A DNA stretch of 64,000 nucleotides from Octopus bimaculoides (GCF_001194135.2 NC_068983.1:38826643-38890642), one strand, 5' to 3'. Counted from the first letter of the stretch, positions 1 through 13,479 are shown. Notes: generated from the sequence alone by a model not told the origin. Program-made: numbers and translations.

Positions 1-12
1 TATAAATAAATA

Positions 13-47
<35 letters not shown>

Positions 48-169
48 CATGGATAAATATATGCGTGTGTCAATATATACCTAGATTCATGCATGTTTAT
101 ATGCATATATGTAAAGATATGTGTGCGTGTGTATCTTTGTGTGTGTGTGTGTGTTTGTGCGTGTGATTT

Positions 170-360
170 AAAAAGTACCCAGCACACCTTGTAAAATGGT
201 TGTCATTAGGAAGGGCATTGATTTGTAGAAACCATGCCCATCCAGATGTTGGAACTCAAAACAGGCCTTGGCCCCATTGGATATTGACATATCCTTAAAC
301 TGTCCAACCCATGCCAGCATGGAAAATAGATTTTTAATTATGATGAAAATGATGATTATC
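170..360 (+). mobile_element. RTE-tailed SINE-like element (family B), 3' part
   Basis: Contains the family motifs 'ggttg(t)cattaggaagggcat...gtagaaacc' and 'tccaacccatgccagcatggaa...(gat)n', which recur many times in the window. Confidence 0.75.
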
Positions 361-379
361 ATACTTATATGCATTTATT

Positions 380-655
380 GGTACTGTGGGCAAGCGTCTT
401 CTACTATAGCCTTAGGCTGACCAAAGCCTTGTGAGTGGATTTGGTAAATGGAAACTGAAAGAAGCTCATCATATGTGTGTGTGTGTGTATGTGTGTGACT
501 GTTTGTCTTCCACCACTGCTTGACAAGCAATGTTGGTTTGTTTACATCTCTGTAACTTAGCGGTTCAGTACGGGGGTAGACTAAAACCTCTTCAAGATGG
601 TGCCCCAGTATGGTCGCAGTCCAGTTACTGAAACAAGTAAAAGATAAAAGACATA
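380..655 (+). mobile_element. tRNA/CORE-like SINE (family A), 5'-truncated
   Basis: 'gggcaagcgtcttctactatagcc...ccaaagccttgtgagtggatttggt..ggaaactgaaagaagc', then (TG)n, then the standard tail ending 'actgaaacaagtaaaag'. Confidence 0.85.
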
Positions 656-758
656 TATATATATTCATGTATGAAAGGATAGAGATGACCAAGGAATAAC
701 TGATTATCCTATGATCTTCGTAGGTATCTGTGTATATAGATACATACATATTATATAT

Positions 759-1327
759 NNNNNNNNNNNNNNNNNNNNNNNNNNNNNNNNNNNNNNNNNN
801 NNNNNNNNNNNNNNNNNNNNNNNNNNNNNNNNNNNNNNNNNNNNNNNNNNNNNNNNNNNNNNNNNNNNNNNNNNNNNNNNNNNNNNNNNNNNNNNNNNNN
901 NNNNNNNNNNNNNNNNNNNNNNNNNNNNNNNNNNNNNNNNNNNNNNNNNNNNNNNNNNNNNNNNNNNNNNNNNNNNNNNNNNNNNNNNNNNNNNNNNNNN
1001 NNNNNNNNNNNNNNNNNNNNNNNNNNNNNNNNNNNNNNNNNNNNNNNNNNNNNNNNNNNNNNNNNNNNNNNNNNNNNNNNNNNNNNNNNNNNNNNNNNNN
1101 NNNNNNNNNNNNNNNNNNNNNNNNNNNNNNNNNNNNNNNNNNNNNNNNNNNNNNNNNNNNNNNNNNNNNNNNNNNNNNNNNNNNNNNNNNNNNNNNNNNN
1201 NNNNNNNNNNNNNNNNNNNNNNNNNNNNNNNNNNNNNNNNNNNNNNNNNNNNNNNNNNNNNNNNNNNNNNNNNNNNNNNNNNNNNNNNNNNNNNNNNNNN
1301 NNNNNNNNNNNNNNNNNNNNNNNNNNN
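759..1327. other. Assembly gap. Other N-runs: 5392-5504, 7848-7857, 20779-20788, 24959-25568, 41440-41762, 44156-44558, 58679-58753
   Basis: Runs of N, mostly bordered by microsatellites. Confidence 0.99.
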
Positions 1328-1379
1328 GTGACGGTTTTTACGCATGGTTTTCTAACCTTGGTTACAGTTTTGTTTTTGT

Positions 1380-1790
1380 TGGTGGTGATGATGATGGTGG
1401 TAGTGGTGGAGATGATGTGTTATGGTGATAGTGGTGGTGGTCGTGGTAATGATAATGGCTGGTGGTGGTGGTTGTAGTGTTGGTAAAGATGGTGATGATG
1501 ATGGTGGTGGTGATGTTGATACTGCTGGTGTTTGATGGGTTGTGTGATGATGATGGTGATGATATTGATGATGTTGGTGGTGGTGGTGGTGGTGGTGGTG
1601 GCGGTGGTAGTAGTAGTAGTGTTGGTGTTGGTGGTGGTAGAGATGGTGATGATGGTGGTGGTGATATTGATACTGCTGGTGATGATGGGTGTGTATGATG
1701 ATGATGATGATGCTGCTGCTGCTGATGATGATGATGATAATGTTGGTGGTGGTGATGGTGGTGGTAGTAGTGATGGTCGTGGCAGTGGCA
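1380..1790. repeat. Compound (GGT/GAT/AGT)n trinucleotide low-complexity tract
   Basis: Seen directly; it explains the poly-H/T/V/M ORFs at 1352-1874. Similar tracts at 27325-27430, 32090-32190, 52340-52440, 56200-56460. Confidence 0.95.
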
Positions 1791-2333
1791 GTCATATTAA
1801 TATATATTATGCATACACATACATACATAAATACACATGTATTTGTGTGTGAGACTTTGAAAAATTTGAATTAATCTTTCAATGAAGATTACATTTTATT
1901 AAAGTAAACCTATTACATGAATTATATTAGTTATAATAGCTAGACTGCTTCATCTTAAAATGCTTCCAGGATATTAACAGCATGCTGTGTGATTGTTATT
2001 CTTGTTGTTTGGTATTTGGTATTTACTAGAATCAGAGCTGGTGAAACAGAGTCTTATTTACTTTACACGAAATATCAAGATAAATTCGCACATGTGAATA
2101 TATATATATTGTAGCATTTGTGTTTGGGTGTGTTAATATCGCCACACACATGCACACATTATGTATGTGAATACATGTATGATATGTGTGTGTTTGTGTG
2201 TATAGGAATGTATGTATGTGTTTGTGAGTATGGGAATGTATGTATGTATATATGTGTATATAAAGAGAGAGAGGGGGAGGGGGAGAGAGATGGATGGATA
2301 AATAAACAGTCTAAATGTATATGTACGTATATA

Positions 2334-2334
<1 letters not shown>

Positions 2335-2426
<92 letters not shown>

Positions 2427-2519
2427 CATCATTTAAGAACCGTTATTAAATGATGATGATAATGATGATGATGATGAAGATTATGATAATTATATATATA
2501 TATATGTATATATATACAT

Positions 2520-2584
<65 letters not shown>

Positions 2585-2720
2585 AAGATATGTGTGTATG
2601 TATGCATGTGTATACATACACATGCATATACACATATATACTTTCATATACATGTATGTGTATGTATATGTATATATATGTATATATATTTGAATATGAG
2701 TGTGTGTGAATGTACTGATA
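2335..2720. repeat. (TA)n/(CA)n/(GAT)n microsatellite cluster. Others at 3525-3625, 4380-4460, 10620-11030, 19340-19560, 43920-44155, 50785-50885, 53600-53860, 62265-62375
   Basis: Seen directly. Confidence 0.97.
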
Positions 2721-3522
2721 TATGCTTATATCTAATCGAATGCTCACACTTATATACTTTCAGTTTTATTCGCTATTATATGAATATGTTTTTTTACTAT
2801 GACAATGGATAAGAATGTTTACATCCATGTAAATTCTTGTACATGTAGTTTGAAGAAGCAGGTCTCCCATGCACTTGTGCCAATTTCATGTACTCTTATA
2901 TATTGAAAACTTTCTTTACATATGTTCTATAATTCTATTTAGCCATGATGACCAAAGCCATGCTGGAGCACTTTTTAAATGAAGAAAAGCAAATGGAGAT
3001 TAGGAAGTTAATAATAGTTTATTTGTTAATAATAAACAATTATTAACTTCCTAATCTTCATTTTCTTTTCTTCTTTTGAATGGATATAAACTATATGCTT
3101 AAACATGTTGTTTTAAGGGAATTTCACTCCCCAAAAATACTAGCTATTGTACCAGTAATTCCTTGGATGCATCCATCCCTTCATGAGGTTAACATATCCT
3201 CTAATTAAATTGAATTTTATATATATATATATCTATATATCTATCTATTTATCTGTGTGTGTATGTGTGTAGTTTTTGTTAAGCAGCGTTGATTATTACA
3301 ATTCTGTAAATAATAATAATAATAGTATTTTTATAAGCTTAAAGCTTATAAGCGATCACTGTGCATTGACTAATGTAAATTGTCTAATAATGGGACATAT
3401 AAGCTCTTGATAGAGAAAAGTAGGTTTTCTCTTATGCGTTGGACTTGAACCCACCCCTCTTTGTTCATGACCAATTGTTGTGAATATAATACTATTATAT
3501 GTATATATATATCGATACAGAA

Positions 3523-3623
<101 letters not shown>

Positions 3624-3896
3624 GGATGGATTCTAGGTGATCAAATCAAGTCTAGCACTTATTTGAATCTGGTACTAATTACATTATTGATCTTTATTTA
3701 ACAAACCACTCAGTGGCAAGATGGAATGAAACACAATATAAACAATAGATGCAGATGCACATAAGCATGTACACATACACTCTCACACATATTCATACTT
3801 ACACAATGATACATATATATCATATATATAGGTATGTATGTATGTATGTATGTACTTATAGTTATGTGCATATGTGTGTATTTATGTATATATATG

Positions 3897-3968
<72 letters not shown>

Positions 3969-4408
3969 TGTGTGTGTGTTCCTTACATTAGTTTGTTTCT
4001 ATTTTCTCCATCAAATTGTCACTTACAGTGTCTACATAATATAAGATATTTTTATATCACCATCGTCATCATCATCATCATCATTTGTCATTGTCATCAT
4101 TTTTAAGTACACTTTTGTCACGTTTGCGTGGCTTAGCTAGCACTTGTATACATACATACATACATACATACATATGGACGTACGTATACTTATATACATT
4201 TATGAATAAATAAGTGTAAACAAAGAACCATATAATATTGCATTCTTTATTTCATACTATCAGGCTCTCCACCTACCTACCTACCTGCCTACCTATCTAT
4301 CTATTTATCTCATTTATTTATCTACCTATACGTCCATCCAGGTTTTTGTCTGCCTGTCTTTCTGCCTATCTATCTGTTTATCCATCTATCTGTTTATCTA
4401 TCTATCTG

Positions 4409-4461
<53 letters not shown>

Positions 4462-5295
4462 TATTCTTAAACTGGCCAAAACTTCAAAGTCAGTCTATAA
4501 TTTTCTTGTATAAGAATAATAAATTTTTACACTACAAAAGTACAGAGTAATCCTTCAGATTAATGTAAAATTGTTTTACAGTTAAGCAAACATAAAAGCA
4601 AAGATTAATATCTGTCTGTCTATCTGTATATCTGTCTATCTGTATATCTGTCTATCTCTATGACCTGTCAGTCTGTCTCTCTCTCTATCTATCTATCCAT
4701 CTCCTCCTCTCACGCTCTCTCTCTGTAATATGTGTGTGTGTGTCTATGTATGTATGCTTGCAAATATGTGTGTATGTATGTCTTTATGTACATATGTACA
4801 TATGTACATATATAATTATGTTAGTGACCTCTTCATCTTTTTCTTTCTTCAATATTATGCTTTCTTTGAAGGACTTTACATTTATAAGAAATCAAAATTA
4901 ATTTGCAAACAACGTGGGTTCTTATAATTCAATGATTTATAGCTATGACCTCTTTTAGAAAACCGAAACATTTTGGAAGAATCAGATATTTTATAACATT
5001 TGGTCGAAATCTTATTAATCTTCCATTAACAATCTTTTTTATATTGTTTTATTCTATTCCAGTAGATTTTTTTTTTGTGGGCAGGATTGATATTTTTTAA
5101 TTTTTCTTCTCTACATCAAATATTTTCTTTTTCATTCTTTCCTTTATTTTTCTTCATATATAATTTTTTTTGTCCAAGAAGATAAACTATTGTAATTCTG
5201 TATTTTATAGACAGTTGCATGCATGTATATGTGTGATTGTGTTTGTGTGTGTGTGTGTATATATATATATATACACACACACTCACTTACACACA

Positions 5296-5353
<58 letters not shown>

Positions 5354-5573
5354 GATATGTGTATACAGATGTGTTTGTATTTTTGTCTGTGNNNNNNNNN
5401 NNNNNNNNNNNNNNNNNNNNNNNNNNNNNNNNNNNNNNNNNNNNNNNNNNNNNNNNNNNNNNNNNNNNNNNNNNNNNNNNNNNNNNNNNNNNNNNNNNNN
5501 NNNNACATATATAAGAAGAGTGAAGGTGGGAATGATATATATATATGTGTGTATGTATATGTATATATATGTG

Positions 5574-5607
<34 letters not shown>

Positions 5608-6159
5608 TGAGAGAGAGCTAGAGGCGAGAGAGAGTGGGAGAGACCAGAGTTGATGGTGAAATAGATTGGTAGAGAGATGGAGAGAATGGCAAAAAGGGTG
5701 AAGATATGTTGTGGGTGATGTTACAATGTATATTATACAGTTGGGATGATTGATTATTACGCTATTTTGATGTTCTCAGAGAATCTTTACAATGTCTTTA
5801 TGAATCCTCAAAAAAAACAAAAAAAAACAAACAAAAACAAACAACCTTCAGTAACAACAATTACAGCAATGACAAAAAAAAAAAAAAAAAAAAGTAGGTT
5901 TCATTTGTGTGAAGGTAGAAAATGGAATTAGCCAGCATTAAAATATTTGAGATGTTTCTATATTTCCTTTCACTTTTAATAGTTTTTTTTTCCTTTTTTT
6001 TCTTTAGTATTTGTACCTTTTAATTAGTTAGTGGAATGGTAAGCTGTAGAAGACTACAGGTGTTACAGTATTCTAGTTTAGTGCCTTTTGGGAGCGTCAA
6101 TCTCTTCTTGGTTGAGTTTGTTTTGTATTGTTCACAGTTTTAGACAATATATGCAACAG

Positions 6160-6264
6160 GTACAGGTATGGCTGTGTGGTTAAGAAGCTTGCTTTCCAAT
6201 CATGTGGTCTTGGTTTCTGTTCCATGGCCATGGATTTGGTGGAGAGAAACTGAAAGAAGCCTGT

Positions 6265-6298
<34 letters not shown>

Positions 6299-6365
6299 AA
6301 TGAATGTCATTACTTGTATGATGGTGACACTCATTTACAACCATCACATGATGTCAAGACAAGAG
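6160..6365 (+). mobile_element. Family A SINE head with remnant of the alternative (RTE-type) tail
   Basis: 'aggtatggctgtgtggttaagaagcttgctttccaatcatgtgg' head, (TG)n, then 'tgtatgatggtgacactcatttacaacc..tgatgtcaagac' also seen at about 39074. Confidence 0.7.
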
Positions 6366-6406
6366 TGTATACTATAAACACGTTATATATGCTGAAAGGA
6401 GACTGA

Positions 6407-6635
6407 CTTGATGAAGTGGACATCTCCAGGTGCTTAGGATCCACTTTGACCTAGGACAGCAGATCTTAAAAGCGAGTGACAAGACTCAGTTTAGCCTCTT
6501 TTGTTATGATGAAGCTGAAGACCATATGGAAAAGCAGTGCCATTACTTTTCTAACAGCATTCACTGTGTACAAGTCCCTGGTAACTTTGATCCTTCTGTA
6601 TGAGCAAGGAGTGAGCTGGTCCACTACTAATAAAT
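6407..6635 (+). pseudogene. Decayed RTE-clade LINE reverse-transcriptase C-terminal fragment
   Basis: Manual translation LDEVDISRCLGSTLT*DSRS*KRVTRLSLASFVMMKLKTIWKSSAITFLTAFTVYKSLVTLILLYEQ resembles the RTE pattern (F/Y)xYLGS...RIxxA...LxxIWxS..I...LYxSLV.SILLYG. Confidence 0.7.
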
Positions 6636-6926
6636 AGTGGACTAACACAGTCAGTAGGGTTGGTTGGTGAAGGGAGGATCTTTAGAAGGGTTGTGGAGTT
6701 TGCTGTAGAAATGCTACAATTTGCTGTTTGGTAATTCCTGTTTTCTGATTTTGTGACCTTTGATATGTCCCGGTGGCGATACTGTCTGAACCCTCGTTGC
6801 CACTGATATGTCCCATGATGACAATGTATATCGTCGTCTCTAGGGGACTAGTCCGAACGGCGTATCTTCACCAACCAACCCTACTGACTGTGTCAGTCCA
6901 CTATTTATTAGTAGTGGACCAGCTCA
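6612..6926. repeat. 61-bp inverted repeat (6612-6672 / 6866-6926)
   Basis: tgagctggtccactactaataaatagtggactaacacagtcagtagggttggttggtgaag matches its reverse complement with 1 mismatch. Confidence 0.95.
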
Positions 6927-7507
6927 ATTCTTGCCTGAGGGCGTCCACCACAACAACCTTCTAGATCAACTGTGTTTTTCAACATCCTGTAATCAATATC
7001 TGTGCCATCCTAAGGCATGGGTACACTGGGCAGTTGCCTGAGGGCCTCACCGCTCAGGGGACCCAATTATGTTTGCTGTCAATAAATACTATAGCGAGCC
7101 AATGCACTGATTTTCCCTGGGACCTATAATGCTGTTATGATGGTCCTGGTCAATATTATAGATTTAGTGAAGGACAAAAATATTCTTTCACTATTCACCG
7201 TGATCTAAAGTATCAGGAACCAACTCTGGATTTTGAAGCTTGAAATAAATGGCAAGTGATGTGTTAGTCTGTTGGCGCTAAGGAAAGACTGGTGATGGTG
7301 TTCGCTCATTATAACCAGGTGAAGGAAGTATCATTGTTATCATGGAATCATGTTCATCGACTGTTTACACATCCTGTTTTATACAAATCAGCGTTGTGTC
7401 TAGGTAAAAATAATCCATACATGTTGCTTTGGGAATAAATGGATATACATACATACACATATACACACATATATATGCATGCATATATTTTATATATATA
7501 TATAATA

Positions 7508-7547
<40 letters not shown>

Positions 7548-7790
7548 ACACACACATATACATACAATGCATATATATGTAGGTGTGTGCTTAGCAATGA
7601 GAGGCAAATGTATCATAGTATTATGTGGGTCTCTTGTCATTGATTATATGATCTAACTGTTCATTCTCCTTTGTTCATTACTCATACTTTCTTTTGTCTG
7701 TTTCTAAATCACCTGTTTACATGACAAAACACAAACACACTCATTTTGATGAATTGTATATCTATATCTGAATATCTGTTGAGCCGCCTA

Positions 7791-7839
<49 letters not shown>

Positions 7840-8809
7840 TTGTATGTNNNNNNNNNNACATGCACACACGTGCATATATATATATATATATACATGGGTG
7901 TTTTATGCATATGTGTTGGGTGGGGAGGGTATATATATATGCACATATACACACTTATATACACATTCCACTTAGTAAGCGTCTATCACTATCATTATCT
8001 TTTATGAACTATTTTGTAGTATACTCACGTGTATGCAAATACACACATATGTGCATGCACACACACTTTATACATGCATGCACACACACTTTATACATGC
8101 ATGCACATACACATGCATACGCAAACACCCCACACACACACTTAAAATTAATGAGTGACAGAGAAACAGTCTGACAGTTCTCTATCCAGGAATTAAAAGT
8201 ATATATTCCTATATATTATTGGTGAAGCAGTAAGATATAAGAAGAATTATTTAGACTATTTATATCTCCATGTTTCATACGTGCAGTGTATGATTCAACT
8301 ATTGTGCATTCTTTGTCAGTGTGCGGATACAGGGGAACTCCTATCAGCATCAGCAACACCACTCCTACTACCGCCACTACTGCCACATCCACAATAGAAG
8401 ACTAATCTTATATTGACAGCTTAACTCTCTCTGGTCTGTTCTATCTGATCTCAAACCTTTCTCTGCCTACCTGATCACCATATATTTTCCACTACACTGA
8501 TAACATTTCTTTACCAGTAATCATTATTATTTCAGATTATATACTCATTATGGAAAACCTTTTTCTCTTCCATTCATTGTCTGATACCGTATTCCTGGTG
8601 CTTCCTTTTTTTTCTTTTTTTTTTTCTCCAATCGCTTTTACTGCTTTCCTATCTGACTGTGAACCTAATGTTTCACACTTATCAGATCATACCAACATGT
8701 TTTTTGGAGATATTTTCATTTTTATCATATAGTCAGGAGGGAAGATAATAGCCATGCCCCTTCTTTGTAGGGTTTTCAAGACTAGCAGAAGGAAAGAAGT
8801 TATCTTTAA

Positions 8810-9008
8810 CCCTTTAGCATTTAAACTGGCCACATCCCACTCAAATATTCTATCTGTTTTATGTTCAAACTGACCAGATCTGGCCTTGCACACCTACCCC
8901 ACAATATCATTCTAAAAATAACTATCACATCATTAAAATCTCAAAGCCACGAGATAATGCATGATTAATTCAAAACAATGTGGACAAAGTAACTGGAATG
9001 CTAAAGGG
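8810..9008. mobile_element. piggyBac-type MITE
   Basis: TTAA|CCCTTTAGCATT ... AATGCTAAAGGG|TTAA: perfect 12-bp TIRs, TTAA TSD (8806-8809, 9009-9012), no ORF. Confidence 0.9.
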
Positions 9009-9294
9009 TTAAATTGAAAACCTATCCAAAATGTTTACAACAGAGTGTACTCTGTTAAAAGTACCCAAGGTGCTGAATGGAGGTGTTAAACTGATAAACA
9101 GTCTACCATCCAAGTAAACTATGGCAAAATTTGAACTCAAAACACAAAGGACTGGAAGAATTATCACAAGGTATATTTATTGGTTTCAAATTTTGGCACA
9201 AGATCAGCAAGCTCAGGGGAGGGGCAAGTTAATTACTTTGACCTCAGTGCTCAATTGGTACTTTTCTTTATTGAACAAGGGTTCCAATTGATAT

Positions 9295-9560
9295 TTCAAT
9301 GGAACAACCTGCTTGTGGAATTAACGTGCAAGTGGCTGAGCACTCCACAGACTTGCATAACCTTAACGTTCAGAGAGGTTCAGCATGACATAGATTGTAA
9401 CAAAGCTGGTCCTTTGAACAACAAATACTACTCATTTTGACTGAAACAATGTGAAATAAAGTGTCTTGCTCAAGGACACAACACATCACCTGGAATTGAA
9501 CTCACATCTTACGATCAGAAGCTGAATACCCTAACCACTAAGCTGTGTGCTTTCACTGGT
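9295..9560 (-). mobile_element. tRNA-derived SINE (family D variant)
   Basis: Minus-strand A box 'tagtggttagg', B box 'gagttcaattcc', then 'ttgtgtccttgagcaagacactttatttcacattg'. The 3' part matches 32790-32920. Confidence 0.8.
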
Positions 9561-10260
9561 TCTGCCTTCATCACCTGACTGACTCTCCCATATAACAAAA
9601 TCACTAATAACTGAACTCATCGTCAGAGCCACAACCATGTTTTATTCAGTCTGATTCGGGTGATCAATTTGATTCTCAGCAAAGGTCATGGATCAACATA
9701 TTATCTGAAAAACATAGACAGATATTGTAACTGAATTTATGACTAAATAAAGGATCAGTGATTCATATTTTAACAAAGTATAAATTCCCAAACACCATGT
9801 TTCTAAAAGATTATCATCAGTTAATCAATTGAATTGATGCTACTACACAATATAAAGTTCCACTCTGGTGGGATTTGAACCTCGAATTTACGGTATAAAA
9901 CTGATTATTGCAAGGCATTTAGTTGAGCATGTTACCAACTCTGCTATCCCCATTGCCTTCACCAACACCACAGAGTGTCACGATGACTTAACTGATATTA
10001 ACTTTTAATAACTATCTTATCATATACATAATAGCATAATAATAATAAAACCTCTCTCTTTCTTTCTTTCTTTCTCTCCCTTTTCCACTCCTCGTATCAT
10101 ATACTTAATCATTAAGAAGCCAAATAAATAAATAAAAGACCCAGACTCTAAAATAGAAACAAATAATGAGATTCTTAAAACACGAATAACAAAATCTATG
10201 ATCAACAGGTTAGTTTTTATGCCTTCATCCTCGCCGCCAAACCGAAGGCAATATACTCAC

Positions 10261-10357
10261 ATTTAGACAGTTGCACTTCACCTCTGTCTCCTGATGGTGG
10301 TAATTTATATCCTAGGAGACTTTGCTGCATCTCCATTCTTAATGTGTCATTAATTCC
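10261..10357 (-). CDS. Candidate internal exon, unidentified protein (GINDTLRMEMQQSLLGYKLPPSGDRGEVQLSK)
   Basis: Branch-like ctaac plus tttaatgattttag| acceptor, |gtgagt donor, 97 nt with a single open frame; no homolog recognised. Confidence 0.35.
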
Positions 10358-10667
10358 CTAAAATCATTAAAGTTAGCCTGTCCAACCAGCTTCCAATTGT
10401 AACATTGCAAATTTCATTTGTTTACTTCTTGTCTTTTTTTACGTGTTGTTGCTCTTCTTATATTTTATCTCCAACTGAAATGCCAAGAATTTAATATGCT
10501 TTATTACTGTATTAATTGCTTTAAGACTTGTATAATACACATATATAGTTATAAACATAGTCTGATAGCTACACAAACACACACTCACACATGTATACAT
10601 ACATGCTTATGTATGTGTATATATACATATACATATACAGATTATATATATATATATATGTGTGTGC

Positions 10668-10701
<34 letters not shown>

Positions 10702-10742
10702 ATGCATGTATGTATGTGTGTGTATAAATATATGTATGTATG

Positions 10743-10830
<88 letters not shown>

Positions 10831-10954
10831 CATATATGTATATGTGTGTGTGTGTGTGTGTATATATATATGTTTATATATGTATATATGTGTGTGTAAA
10901 TATACATGTGTAAATATATGTAAATATATATGTGTATGTATACACACATGCACA

Positions 10955-10995
<41 letters not shown>

Positions 10996-11211
10996 ACATA
11001 TATGTGTGTGTATGTATGTATATTAAATGCAAATGCATGCACACACATAAATATGTAGACATAAAGATAGCTAAAAGAGAAATATATCACTATTTCAAAC
11101 TCTGGCGCCATTCATGTGCTTTCACAAATATCTATTTTTGTTGGCATTATCATTCCTTGTTGGCTATATTTGGTTTTAAAGGATTTTTTTCCGAAGTTGC
11201 TCATAAATACA

Positions 11212-11262
<51 letters not shown>

Positions 11263-11431
11263 ATACATGCATGTCTGTATATGCATATTATATATACATG
11301 TATTTATAGAGAGGAGAGAGAAAAATGAGAAGGGGAGCAGTAAATAATGAAAGTGAGGGAGCCAGTGAAAGTGAGGTTTGGTAGAGCAAAATGAAGAAAT
11401 ATTACTCAATACGTGAATATATATACTTTAC

Positions 11432-11497
11432 ATATTTATCAGACTTTGTAAGTGCCATGCATGAGACTCTTGACCCTTGGATCACTTTTGTAACTTT
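11432..11497 (-). CDS. Candidate exon: either internal KVTKVIQGSRVSCMALTKSDKY or terminal xSYKSDPRVKSLMHGTYKV*
   Basis: Very strong acceptor ttttactttatctttttatactcag|; optional |gtaaag donor. Confidence 0.35.
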
Positions 11498-12202
11498 CTG
11501 AGTATAAAAAGATAAAGTAAAATATATAATAATTCCATTAATTTTGGATTGCTTTGAAAATGTGTTAACGCGTATTTTCGAAATATTCATTTGAATGATA
11601 TTTTCGAAATATTAATATATTAATACAACAGAAACAGTTGTTGGTTTTTTTTTTTTTTTTGTAAGGTGAATTCTATAGTTACAGATGTGATTTTCTTCAT
11701 AGGTATTTTTGTTGTGTAATACTCAGAATTTCTCCAATTTCTTCTAAATGATATTTGAATCTATTTGTCATACATGAGGAATTACACTGGATGTTTATTC
11801 TACTGGCATTTATTGGTGTCTGGTTATTGGATGTAGTTAACTAAATTCGTTTCAAACTGAGTACTTTATTGATATCTGCCTGGATTTTTAAATCCCGTCT
11901 TTCTCTCTTCTTACTATAGCTATTTGTCTGTCTGTCTGTCTGTCTGTCTCTTTATGTATCTATCTATCCATCTGTCTGTCTATGTATGTATGTATCTATC
12001 TATCTATCTATCTATGCATATGTATATATTCATCATCATCATTGTTTAACGTCCGCCTTCCATGCTAGCATGGGTTGGATGATTTAACTGAGGACTGGCG
12101 AACCAGATGGCTGCACCAGGCTCCAATCTGATCTATATATATACATATATTCATGTGTATACTTTTGTGTGCACATGTGTACGTGTATGGGTACACACAC
12201 AT

Positions 12203-12237
<35 letters not shown>

Positions 12238-12715
12238 CGCGCGCACACACACACACACACACACAAGTATATATGTTTAATCCCCAATTTATGTCCAATT
12301 CCCATGCTGGCACAACTCAATCACATCATCACAGTCTGGTCAATTCATAGTTTCTTATTTGAAACTATTTCCCTTCAAGACATGTTGAAGGACTACATTT
12401 GATACGTTCCATCTTTAGCATGGTTTCTAGGGCTGGATGTCTTTTCTAAACCAACCAATTTATAGAGTGTGCTAGGCACATTTTGGTATGGCACCATCAC
12501 GAGAGAATTTGTCATGCACTCAGCCATATGACTGGCATTGTTATGGGGAGGAATTGATTGCTTGTTATAAACATGGCAGTTTTTGCTTGCATTTTGTCAA
12601 ATTCTTGTCAATACTTCCCAAACTCTGATGGTTTATGTCAGGATTCATGGCATACCAGTGCTTGATTCCACTTATCAACCAATAAACAATAACCGTAAAT
12701 TTTTGTTGATGCAAT

Positions 12716-13200
12716 TCATCATCATCATCGTTTAATGTCTGTTTTTCCGTGTTGGCATGGGTTGGACAGTTTAACTGGGGGCTGGCAAGCCAGGAGGCTG
12801 CACCAGTCTCCAATCTGATCTGGCAATGTTTCTACAGTTGGATGCCCTTCCTAACACCAACCACTCCGAAAGTGTAGTGGGTGCTTTTTACGTGCCACCA
12901 GCATGAGGGTCAGTCAGGTGGTACTGGCATTGACCATGCTTGAATGATGCTTTTTACGTGCCACCAGCATAGGAGCCAGTCAGGTGGCACTAGCATTGGC
13001 CACATTTGGGTGGTGCTTTTTACGTGCCACCATCACAGGAGCCAGTTGGGGTGGGAAAAGGGGAGGGGCTGGCATCGACCATGTTCAGATGGTGCTTTTT
13101 ACGTGCCACCGGCATGGGGATCTAGTCAGGCAGCACTGGTGATGACCCACGTATGAATGGTGCTTATTGTGTGCTAGCAGCACGGGAGCCAGTCAGACGG
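12716..13200 (-). mobile_element. Family B element with about 5 internal ~66-bp tandem units
   Basis: (cat)n + 'cgtttaatgtc..ttccgtgttggcatgggttggac' tail, 'tttctacagttggatgcccttcctaacaccaacc', then repeats of 'tgctttttacgtgccaccagca...gccagtcagg.ggcactggc'. Confidence 0.9.
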
Positions 13201-13282
13201 GGAAAATGTTTTAGTGCTTCACATCAGTCCAACCACCTTGCAGAACTCGGTCAACCTATATGTGTATATGTATAGAACTTAC

Positions 13283-13332
13283 TTTTCATCTGAAGTTTTA
13301 ACGCGTTCATGAAATGGATCGTTTTTGTTGTA
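13283..13332 (-). CDS. Candidate exon (YNKNDPFHERVKTSDE or TTKTIHFMNALKLQMK)
   Basis: Acceptor tctgctttgcacttctttag|, donor |gtaagt, 50 nt, two open frames. Confidence 0.35.
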
Positions 13333-13479
13333 CTAAAGAAGTGCAAAGCAGACTTTTCACAAATGTAGTTTTATTTAAATTTTCATTCCTTTATTGGGAA
13401 AGTTTTTTGAACTTCTCAGTTTTCTGCAAATGTCAAACAATTATTGAATAGTCCACTTTGTTCTTCAGCAATCTTTCAA

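Noticed and set aside
704-1428. Long ORFs in the track spanning N-runs (also 24890-25881, 41415-41861, 43876-44630)
   Set aside because: They are open only because N codons are not stops
1352-1874. His/Thr/Val/Met-rich ORFs and the many YI/HT/CV dipeptide-repeat ORFs
   Set aside because: Translations of tri- and dinucleotide microsatellites; no splice context or domain
9790-9832. Minus-strand CUGAUGA-UAA/UUA-GAAAC-AUG-GUG motif
   Set aside because: Stem II is only 3 A-U pairs, position 17 is G, and stem I barely pairs
12880-13200. Regularly spaced repeats superficially like a CRISPR array
   Set aside because: Whole units are homologous (no unique spacers), they sit inside a dispersed retroelement, there are no cas genes, and the context is eukaryotic
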